64,000 nucleotides of DNA. Origin: Candidatus Binatia bacterium (GTDB lineage: Bacteria > Eisenbacteria > RBG-16-71-46 > SZUA-252). The position numbers were made by a program, and so were the translations under genes. Below the pieces are notes generated by a model. It ran no database searches, was not told the origin of the DNA, and was given only the letters and a program-made list of their open reading frames with translations. Location of the stretch: contig DASQJL010000113.1 in assembly GCA_035631035.1 (NCBI GenBank), positions 131,703-195,702 on the forward strand, read 5' to 3'. Below are positions 16,053-23,519 of the stretch, one piece after another. Positions within the stretch are counted from its first letter, which is position 1. Each line of letters begins with the position of its first letter.

Positions 16053-16454
16053 CTACCGACGCGCGGCGGCGGCTTCCTTCAGCAGGGCCTGGATGTGGTC
16101 CAGGATCTCGGCGAACTCGTAGGGCTTGGTCAGGAAGCGGTTCGCGCCCATCTCGTGCGCCAGGGTCTGGTCCCCCTCCTGCGTGCGCGCCGAGAGGATC
16201 ATGATCGGGATGTGCTTGTAGCGCTCGTCGAACTTGAGGAGCCGGCAGACCTTGTACCCGTCCAGCTTCGGCAGCATGAGATCGAGGAGGATGATGTCCG
16301 GCTTCGACTCGCGCGCCTTCTTCAACCCCTCCTGCCCGTCCGAGGCGGTCTCCACCGTGTAGCCGGCCGCCTTCAGGCCGAACTCGAGAATGCGCACCAG
16401 ATCCGGCTCGTCGTCCACCACGAGCACGCGCGAGCGGGTGGGATCCTGGCTCAT
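16053..16454 (-). CDS. single-domain response regulator (CheY-like receiver)
   Basis: 133 aa: VLVVDDEPDLVRILEFGLKAAGYTV...DIILLDLMLPKLDGYKV...TKPYEFAEIL. Located immediately downstream of pilQ. Confidence 0.8.
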   Translation of the reverse strand: MSQDPTRSRVLVVDDEPDLVRILEFGLKAAGYTVETASDGQEGLKKARESKPDIILLDLMLPKLDGYKVCRLLKFDERYKHIPIMILSARTQEGDQTLAHEMGANRFLTKPYEFAEILDHIQALLKEAAAARR

Positions 16455-16465
16455 CGGTCGCCCTC

Positions 16466-17812
16466 CTAAACCCCGAGCAGCCGCGGGGTCACGAAAATCA
16501 TGAGATCCACCTTCTGCTTCTGGATCGTCTTGTGCGTGAAGAGCGCTCCCAGCAGGGGCACGTCACCCAGGATCGGCACTTTTCGAACGATCTGGAGGTC
16601 CACCGTCTTGATCAGCCCCCCGATCGCAAGCGTCTCCCCGTTCTTGACCACCACCTGGGTCGTGGCCGACCGGGTGGAGGTGACCGGCCGCTCGTTGAAC
16701 TGGCCCCGGTACTCCACGATCTCGCTGATCTCGGGACTCACGCTCAGGATCATGGTCGAGTCGTCGGCCACGTGGGGCGTCACCAGGAGCCGCACGCCGA
16801 TCTTCTTCTCGTCGTAGCCGCTGATCTCCATGGTGCCGGTCTCCTTCAGCCGCTCGTAGCGGGCGATGGGGACGACCGTCCCCACGACGATCTCGGCCTC
16901 GTTGTTGTCGAGGGTCGTGATGGTCGGCGCGGAGACCAGGTTCGTGTTCGCCGTCTGACGCAGGATGTCCATCGCCACCGAGAACTCCTGGAAGGAGAGC
17001 TTGCCGAAGACGTAGTCGGCCGGCGTCGGGTAGGGGAAGGTCTGCCCCGGCGGGAACGCCGGGCCGCCGCCGCCCACCTGGTTGTTCGGATTGGGCGTGG
17101 CGGTGAAGTCCCCCGAGCCTCCGCGCTTCGGGAAGGGGAACGTGGTCGGCAGGGTCGCGCCGGCGGCGCTCGCGCGGAGCTGCCAGTCCACCCCCAGCTT
17201 CTCGTCCTTGCCCAGCGTCGTCTCGACCAGCTTGGCCGTGATCGCCACCTGCCGCGGCCGCGTGTCCATCTGGCCGAGGACCGCGGCGATCCGTTCCAGC
17301 CGCGCCGGCGTGTCGGTGGCGATGAGCGCGTTCTCGCGGGAGCCGTTCGGCGTCTCGGCGAGAACCCCCTCGCCGCCGGCGCCGGGAACGGCGGAAGCGC
17401 GACCGGAGAACGGCTCGACGGAGCCCTTGTCGCTCAGCATCTTGCGCACGACGTCGGCGGCGGCGGAGGGATCGAGATAGCGGAGCCGGAAGAGACGCGA
17501 TGCCGAGCCCGCGGGATTGACGAGCAGGACGTTCCCCTCCAGCCGGTAGTCGGCTCCGGTCGCCTCGGCCACGTAGGAGACCGCCTCGGCGAACGTGACG
17601 TTCGCCAGGTTGGCCGTGAGCGTGCCGGGCACGTCCTTGCCGATCACGATGCTCACCCCGAACTGCGAGGCGATCAGCCGGAGCGCGTCCTGCGCCCGGG
17701 CTCCCTTGAAGCTGAACGTCGCTCTGCCTTGCGGCTGCGCCGGCGCGCTCCAGGGCGTCGCGAGCACGGCGAGCCCGGCGGCAAGCGTCAGGACGGCGAG
17801 CATCCGCTTCAT
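16466..17812 (-). CDS. pilQ: type IV pilus secretin PilQ
   Basis: 448 aa with a signal peptide and a secretin C-domain (VPILGDVPLLGALFTHKTIQKQKVDLMIFVTPRLL). Confidence 0.8.
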   Translation of the reverse strand: MKRMLAVLTLAAGLAVLATPWSAPAQPQGRATFSFKGARAQDALRLIASQFGVSIVIGKDVPGTLTANLANVTFAEAVSYVAEATGADYRLEGNVLLVNPAGSASRLFRLRYLDPSAAADVVRKMLSDKGSVEPFSGRASAVPGAGGEGVLAETPNGSRENALIATDTPARLERIAAVLGQMDTRPRQVAITAKLVETTLGKDEKLGVDWQLRASAAGATLPTTFPFPKRGGSGDFTATPNPNNQVGGGGPAFPPGQTFPYPTPADYVFGKLSFQEFSVAMDILRQTANTNLVSAPTITTLDNNEAEIVVGTVVPIARYERLKETGTMEISGYDEKKIGVRLLVTPHVADDSTMILSVSPEISEIVEYRGQFNERPVTSTRSATTQVVVKNGETLAIGGLIKTVDLQIVRKVPILGDVPLLGALFTHKTIQKQKVDLMIFVTPRLLGV

Positions 17813-18306
17813 GGTCCGTCTCCTTTGAGGGTGAGCGTCGTCACGGTTCCCTTGTCCAGCAGCATCACCGTGCGCGCCCCGATCTGGAGAATCTCGCGGG
17901 AGCCGACCCGCTCCCCTTCGCGGTAGACCTCACCGTTGATCAATGCCGTCCTTCCCGACGGCCCGTTCATCACGCCCTGGAGATACAGCCCCGCGCCCGG
18001 GGGCGGCAGCTCCTCGTGGCGCGCGGACGACGGCGCGGCCGCCGACGCTCCCTCCGGCCCGAAGCGCCGCCGGAAGGGGTCGCTGCCCCAGCCCGGCTCG
18101 GTCGGCGTCGAAGCGCCCTGCTTCGGAGCCGACGCCGCGAGCTGCGCCGGCGGCGGCGCACCGCCCGCGGCCCGCGCGCGAAGCCGCGCCCGCTTCGTCT
18201 GCTCGTCCAGCGACTGCACGTAGACGAGCGCCGCGACGAGAAGCCCGAGGAGCACGTAGGTCCTCGGATTCATTCCCTGCCTCGCCTGATCGCGCAGCCA
18301 GCTCAT
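17809..18306 (-). CDS. PilP-like pilus assembly lipoprotein (start probably at an internal Met)
   Basis: Hydrophobic N-terminus, a Pro/Ala-rich linker, and a C-terminal beta-domain (TALINGEVYREGERVGSREILQIGARTVMLLDKGTVTTLTLKG) resembling the PilP core. The position between pilO and pilQ supports this. Confidence 0.5.
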   Translation of the reverse strand: MSWLRDQARQGMNPRTYVLLGLLVAALVYVQSLDEQTKRARLRARAAGGAPPPAQLAASAPKQGASTPTEPGWGSDPFRRRFGPEGASAAAPSSARHEELPPPGAGLYLQGVMNGPSGRTALINGEVYREGERVGSREILQIGARTVMLLDKGTVTTLTLKGDGP

Positions 18307-18319
18307 GCCCGTTCCATCC

Positions 18320-18961
18320 CTAGGGAGTGCCGTAGAGCCAGATCGCGACGTCCGCCGAGACGTCCGAAGCTCGTGGCGCGTCCGCCCGGATCGCCACCGA
18401 GCGCACCACCACGAGCTGGTCCATCGCTTCCACTTCGCGCAGGTACTCCCCCAGCGAGCGGTACGAGGCGAAGAGGCGGAACCGGAGCTCTGCCTTGCGG
18501 TAGGTTTCGGTCCGGCCGGCGGCGTCGGTGGTGGTGACGTCCACCGGCGTGCCCGCGGGCTGGATCAGCTCGGTCTTCACGCCCCAGCGGTCGGCGATCG
18601 GCGTCACGTCGCGCAGGAAGGCGGCGACCATCGAGCGCGACGGCAGCGCGTGCCGCGCCGCGTAGCGCGACGCGTCCTCGCCGGGGTGGACGCGCTGCCA
18701 GGCGTCCAGGTCTTGAAGTCCATGCTGGAGATCGGCGAGGTCCGCCTCCAGCCGTCCGCGCTCCGTCCGCAGCTGCTTCGCCTCGCGCTCCCGCGGGTCC
18801 ACGTAGACCGCGCGCACCACGCCCAGCGACGCGAGCAGGATCCCCGCGATCACCAGGTGTCCCAGGTACGGCTGACGGATCGGCGACGGCACGAGCCTCC
18901 CTACTCCGCGATCCGCACGGTCACGGTGAAGCTGGAGAGCGCCGGCGTCACGGTCTGGCAT
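18320..18961 (-). CDS. type IV pilus assembly protein PilO-like (true start probably downstream of 18961)
   Basis: TM helix (LGHLVIAGILLASLGVVRAV), a coiled-coil, and an alpha/beta C-terminal domain. The track ORF overlaps the pilMN 3' end by 61 nt. Confidence 0.55.
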   Translation of the reverse strand: MPDRDAGALQLHRDRADRGVGRLVPSPIRQPYLGHLVIAGILLASLGVVRAVYVDPREREAKQLRTERGRLEADLADLQHGLQDLDAWQRVHPGEDASRYAARHALPSRSMVAAFLRDVTPIADRWGVKTELIQPAGTPVDVTTTDAAGRTETYRKAELRFRLFASYRSLGEYLREVEAMDQLVVVRSVAIRADAPRASDVSADVAIWLYGTP

Positions 18962-20526
18962 CCCTCCAGACGGACCTGGTCGAACACCGGCGAGCGGGAC
19001 AGCGAATCCATCAGCTCGCCCAGCACCTTCTCGGGCCGCTCGCGATCCGTGCGCAGCAGTCCCGAGAGGCGCACCTCACGGCCGCTCTCCCCCGCCGGCT
19101 GGGCCGCCCCCGCGGCCGGCGCCGGCTCCGAAACCTCGAGCGTCGTGAGGCGCGCGTCGTCCCCCACCCTCCAGCTCAGATCCCGCAGCACGTACGACCA
19201 GAGCACCTGCCCCCCGGACAGGCGGGCCAGCAGGTCGTGCAGGCGCGTCTCTTCTTCCCGCGCGGCGCGGAACCGGCGGAGCGCCTCGGCGCGCGGCCGG
19301 ACCTCCTCCAGGCTGCCCCGGAGCGAGGCGACCCGCTGCCGCTCGCCCATCACCGCCACCTCCGCGGGGAGCGACACCGAGAGCAGGAGCACCGCCGCGA
19401 TCGCCGCGGCCGCCCGCTGCGGCACCGCGCTCGCGAGGCGGTACGCCGTGCCGGCCTCGGGCGGCGCGAGGAAGTTCATCGCGCCCCGCCGCAACGACGC
19501 CAGCCCCTGCCCCATCTCGGAGGTCGGCGCCGCCTCGGAACCCTCGCCCTTCTCGGCAGCATCGGCTCGAGCCACCGGGATCTTGAGAACGCCGGTCAGG
19601 TACTCGGCGAGGTTCCGGACCCGGGCCCCGTCCCCCAGGAGCACGACCCGTGAAACCGACTCGCCCTGGAACTGCTCGTTCACGTAATCGAAAGAGTTCC
19701 AAAGCTCGCGAACGAGACGCTCCAGCACGGGCCGGAGCATGACGGAGACGGCGGTGAGCGGAATCCGTCCCGCGGTTCCCGTCTCCTCAGCCCCAAAGGG
19801 GATGCCGTGGGTCCGCTTCAGGGCTTCGGCCTCCTCGGCCGTGAGGTCCACGGTCCCCTGACCCGGAACCACGATCGAGCGAAGCGCGTCGGTGAACGAA
19901 TCGCCGCCCACCCCCAGGTCGCGCGCGAAGCGGATCTCGCGGCCCTTGAGGATGGCCACGTGGCTCGCCGCGCCGCCCAGGTCCAGATAGGCGGTGACCT
20001 CCTCGGAATCGACGCTTCCGTCCACCAACGCGAGCAGCGCGACGGACCGCAGCGTGACGCAGACCGGCTTGAGGCCCGCCTGATCCAGGAGATCCCTCGC
20101 CTCGGCGACGCGGCGACGCGGAGCGACGGTGACGAGGAGATCGAGCGAGGCGGCGCCGTCGCGCGCGGTGCGGCCGAGAATGTCGTAGCGGATCTCCGAT
20201 TCCTCGATCGGCCCCGACGCGTGCTTCCGGCATTCGAGCCGGAGGGCCGAGAGGAGATCGGCGCCCTTCATCTCGGGAAGCGTGATGCGCCGAACGACGA
20301 TGTCGCTGCCCCCGATGGCCGTCGCGGCGGGCGCTCCCTGCCATCCCGTCGCCTGGACCAGCTCGCGGAGGGCGTCGGCGGGGCGAATCCGGGATCCGCG
20401 ATCGTCGGGGCGAAGCGCGCGGGCGACGACGTCCACGGAGCGGCTGCCGCCGCGTCCTCGGAAGCGCACCAGCTTCACGGAGGTTTCACTCACGTCGACA
20501 CCGACCAGCCCGTTCCAGCCGGGCAT
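18901..20526 (-). CDS. PilM-PilN fusion protein (actin-like ATPase PilM joined in frame to TM/coiled-coil PilN)
   Basis: Start at M37 (MPGWNGLVGVDVSETSVKLV). The PilM part runs to about aa 350 (LDLGGAASHVAILKGREIRFARDLGVGG). There is no stop before the PilN-like segment (MNFLAPPEAGTAYRLASAVPQRAAAAIAAVLLLSV...). Confidence 0.7.
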   Translation of the reverse strand: MPGWNGLVGVDVSETSVKLVRFRGRGGSRSVDVVARALRPDDRGSRIRPADALRELVQATGWQGAPAATAIGGSDIVVRRITLPEMKGADLLSALRLECRKHASGPIEESEIRYDILGRTARDGAASLDLLVTVAPRRRVAEARDLLDQAGLKPVCVTLRSVALLALVDGSVDSEEVTAYLDLGGAASHVAILKGREIRFARDLGVGGDSFTDALRSIVVPGQGTVDLTAEEAEALKRTHGIPFGAEETGTAGRIPLTAVSVMLRPVLERLVRELWNSFDYVNEQFQGESVSRVVLLGDGARVRNLAEYLTGVLKIPVARADAAEKGEGSEAAPTSEMGQGLASLRRGAMNFLAPPEAGTAYRLASAVPQRAAAAIAAVLLLSVSLPAEVAVMGERQRVASLRGSLEEVRPRAEALRRFRAAREEETRLHDLLARLSGGQVLWSYVLRDLSWRVGDDARLTTLEVSEPAPAAGAAQPAGESGREVRLSGLLRTDRERPEKVLGELMDSLSRSPVFDQVRLEGCQTVTPALSSFTVTVRIAE

Positions 20527-20630
20527 GACGAGCCCGGCCGCGCGCCCCAGCGCGTGCGGACCTCGAATCGGTCTGTCCGCGATGCGCGACCACCAGGACC
20601 TCGCTGCGTGCCGTTCCATGCCGACTCCTC

Positions 20631-22097
20631 TCATTGACGCGTCTCGACCCAGGCCGTCACGGCGAGCGAGCCGCCGACCTTGCGAATCCGGTCGTTGTTC
20701 CGGTCTCCGATGTAGAAGATTCCCGTCGAGGCGATGGCGATCCCGCGCGGCGTGTCGAGCATCGCGCCGGCGGCCGCGCCTCCGTCGCCGCTGAATCCCG
20801 CCGTACCCGTACCCGCAATCGTGGCGATGAGGCCGCTCCCCGCCCGGACGCTGCGGATGACGTGGTTTCCGGTGTCCGCGACGTACACGTCGCCCGACGG
20901 CGCGAGATGGACGGCCTCGGGCGCGGTCAAGCGCGCCGCGGTCGCGAGGCCGCCGTCTCCCGAATATCCCGCGGTGCCGTTCCCCGCAAAGGTCGTGATG
21001 ATCCCGGCGGGCGTGATCTTCCGGATCACGTTGTTGCCGGCGTCGGCGACGTAGAGGTCCCCGGTCGCGGTGAGATGAAGCCCCTGCGGGACCCTGAGCT
21101 TCGCAAGCGTCGCGAGCCCCCCGTCCCCCGAGTAACCCGCGATGCCGGTGCCCGCGTACGTCGTGATGATTCCCGTCGCGGCGATCACCTTCCGGACCCG
21201 GTTGCTCGAGCGGTCGCCGATGTACAGGTCGCCGTTCGCCGCGACCTGGATCCCGCGCGGCGAGTTGAGCCGCGCCGCCGTGGCCGCCCCGCCGTCGCCG
21301 GAGGATCCCGGTGCGCCATTCCCGGCCACGGTCGTGACGATCCCGGTGGCCGCGGTGACCTTCCGAATCACATTGTTCTGCGTGTCCGCGACGTAGAGGT
21401 CTCCGTTGGCGGCGACCACGACGTCTTCGGGGAACTTGAACCGGGCCGCGGTCGCGAGCCCACCGTCGCCGGTGAAGCCCGGGCTGCCGGTCCCGGCCAC
21501 CGTGGTGATGATCCCCGTCGCGGCGGCCACCTTCCGGATCACGCTGTTGTCCGAGTCGCAGACGTAGAGGTCGCCGTTGGAGGCGACGGTGACCCCCTCC
21601 GGATTCTTGAGATTCGCCGAGGTCGCGGTCCCGCCGTCGCCGGCGTAGCCCAGCGTGCCGTTTCCGGCGTAGGTCGAGATCCCGCCCGCGGCGACGTGCA
21701 CCTGGATCGACCGAAGCGCGTCTCCGGCCACGCCGTTCGCGACGATCCGCTTCTGCCCCGCCGGGAGCGGCGCCCCCGTCTCGTCAACCCCGTCCGGCGG
21801 CGCGATCCAGAAGGACCCCGCGCCGACCGTCTTTCCGGGGGACGGAAGACCGCTCCACGATGGGTTGGCCGACAGCTTCAAGACGGCGTACTCCAGCCCC
21901 GCGTGCGCCGCGTAGAACGCCTGGTTGGAGCGCACCTGGTTCACGGAAAGATCCGAGTCCTCGGCCACCAGCGAGACCATGGCCAGCCCCAGGATCAGGA
22001 GGATGAGGATCGAGACGATCGCCAGGACGGCCGAGAATCCCTCCTCGGCACCGCCTCGGCGCTCCGCCGCACGACACTCGGAGACGGGCGCGATCAC
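20631..22097 (-). CDS. PilX-type minor-pilin N-terminal domain fused to a 6x NHL-repeat beta-propeller (putative pilus-tip adhesin)
   Basis: N-terminus EEGFSAVLAIVSILILLILGLAMVSL...AFYAAHAGLEYAVLKL matches the PilX_N hallmark (A-x-x-AAEAG-x-E-like). It is followed by six repeats of the NHL signature (GDGG-ATAARL-xP-GV-NGDLYVADxxNNVIRKV). Confidence 0.7.
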   Translation of the reverse strand: MIAPVSECRAAERRGGAEEGFSAVLAIVSILILLILGLAMVSLVAEDSDLSVNQVRSNQAFYAAHAGLEYAVLKLSANPSWSGLPSPGKTVGAGSFWIAPPDGVDETGAPLPAGQKRIVANGVAGDALRSIQVHVAAGGISTYAGNGTLGYAGDGGTATSANLKNPEGVTVASNGDLYVCDSDNSVIRKVAAATGIITTVAGTGSPGFTGDGGLATAARFKFPEDVVVAANGDLYVADTQNNVIRKVTAATGIVTTVAGNGAPGSSGDGGAATAARLNSPRGIQVAANGDLYIGDRSSNRVRKVIAATGIITTYAGTGIAGYSGDGGLATLAKLRVPQGLHLTATGDLYVADAGNNVIRKITPAGIITTFAGNGTAGYSGDGGLATAARLTAPEAVHLAPSGDVYVADTGNHVIRSVRAGSGLIATIAGTGTAGFSGDGGAAAGAMLDTPRGIAIASTGIFYIGDRNNDRIRKVGGSLAVTAWVETRQ

Positions 22098-22636
22098 AAC
22101 GACCTCACGAACGCCGCGGTCACCGCGCTCACCGATTGCGTGCCCTTGGCCAGCCGCAGATGCACCGTGATCCTCCAGATGTCGGTCGCCGAGGGCGCGA
22201 CGATCGGCGCCGCCGCCGTGCCGTCCGCCTTCCAGTAGGCGAAGGCGAGCGAGTCGACGCCCGTGGCGAGCGGCCGCGCGGTTCCGTTCCGGGTGTACAG
22301 CAGCGGGTCCCCTTTCACGCCGGTCCAGGAGAAGGCGACGGTGGCCGAGTCGCGATCGACGAACGTGAACGCGCGCGCCGTCGCCTGCGTGATGAAGGTG
22401 GCCCCGCGCACCCGCTTCAGCTCGCGGCTGATCCGCTCCTCCGCATAGCGCGCCTCCTGAAGCATTCCCTTCTCCGCATCCACGTACTGATAGCTCCGGA
22501 TCGCCTCGGAGAACATTCCGGTGAAGACGAACGCCGCGATCGACACCACCACGATGACGATCGTCACCTCGGCGAGCGTGAACCCCTCCGCGCCCCCGGT
22601 CCGGCGGGAGGACGGGGTCAGTAGTTCGTGAACCAT
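22094..22636 (-). CDS. type IV minor pilin (prepilin-type N-terminal cleavage/methylation domain; PilW-like position)
   Basis: GFTLAEVTIVIVVVSIAAFVF is a canonical G|FTLxE prepilin motif. Confidence 0.7.
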   Translation of the reverse strand: MVHELLTPSSRRTGGAEGFTLAEVTIVIVVVSIAAFVFTGMFSEAIRSYQYVDAEKGMLQEARYAEERISRELKRVRGATFITQATARAFTFVDRDSATVAFSWTGVKGDPLLYTRNGTARPLATGVDSLAFAYWKADGTAAAPIVAPSATDIWRITVHLRLAKGTQSVSAVTAAFVRSL

Positions 22637-23010
22637 GTCGTCAGCGTCACGGAGGGCACGCTCGCAAAGGAGACGGTCACGCTCACAGTGCGGAACGTGA
22701 TGCCGTCGTAGACCGAGTCGGGCGCGAAGGAGACGGTCCGGCCGTAACCCGGAAAGGCGGCCACCGGGATCTCGGGCGGATAGTTGGCGGCGACCAGATA
22801 GGAGTACCCGCGGGATGGGGAGTTCTTGTCGGCCGCGATCTCCTCCATCTTGGACTGGGCCAGCTCGGCCATGACGGTGGCGTGGTGCGCCTCGCCGGAG
22901 CGAATCGAGGAATTGGCGAAGAGCATCCCGAGGGGGAGCACGGCGACCGCCGCGATGACCAGGATGAGGACCACCTCGGGGAGGGTGAATCCGCGCTCGG
23001 AGCGGCTCAT
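22618..23010 (-). CDS. type IV minor pilin (PilV-like)
   Basis: MSRSERGFTLPEVVLILVIAAVAVLPLGM carries a class III signal peptide with a G|FTLPE cleavage motif. Confidence 0.7.
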   Translation of the reverse strand: MSRSERGFTLPEVVLILVIAAVAVLPLGMLFANSSIRSGEAHHATVMAELAQSKMEEIAADKNSPSRGYSYLVAANYPPEIPVAAFPGYGRTVSFAPDSVYDGITFRTVSVTVSFASVPSVTLTTWFTNY

Positions 23011-23519
23011 CGGATCGTCACCGCCCCGGTCCCGGGGGCGACCTCGACGGTGTCGTTCACGCCCTGGTAGGACAGGATCACCCGTCCGGGGGTCGAAAGC
23101 TCGACGCCGGCGCTGTCGCGCGGAACGCCGAAGTAGTCGAACGAGACGGCCGGGGTGGCGCCGAACGAAGCCGCCAGAACCGTCACCCCCCGATATTCGA
23201 TCTTCTGGTTGAAGACGACCCGAAGGGTTCGCGCCCGGTCGGCGGGATCCACGAGCGGCGTGGCCGGCGTGGGCGCAAAGACCGTGTAGCGTCCGGCCGA
23301 GGGCTCGAAGTAGAGGCCGTGAACCATGCGGGTGCCGATCGAGCGGTTCTGCGCGTAGCGGAGATCCGCGGCCACGCGGCGAGCGGTCGCGTCGAGCCGG
23401 ATCTCGCTCATCGCGGCGATCTTCGGGTACGCGATCCAGGCCAGGATCGCGATGATCGTGATGCCCAGGGCCAGCTCGACGAGGGTGAAGCCTCCCGCTC
23501 CGGCTCGCGCGCCCCTCAT
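23007..23519 (-). CDS. GspH/FimT-like minor pilin
   Basis: Real start at the internal ATG (MRGARAGAGGFTLVELALGITIIAILAWIA); the upstream part of the track ORF is artefact. ATGA overlap with the upstream DUF2723 gene. Confidence 0.65.
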   Translation of the reverse strand: MRGARAGAGGFTLVELALGITIIAILAWIAYPKIAAMSEIRLDATARRVAADLRYAQNRSIGTRMVHGLYFEPSAGRYTVFAPTPATPLVDPADRARTLRVVFNQKIEYRGVTVLAASFGATPAVSFDYFGVPRDSAGVELSTPGRVILSYQGVNDTVEVAPGTGAVTIR

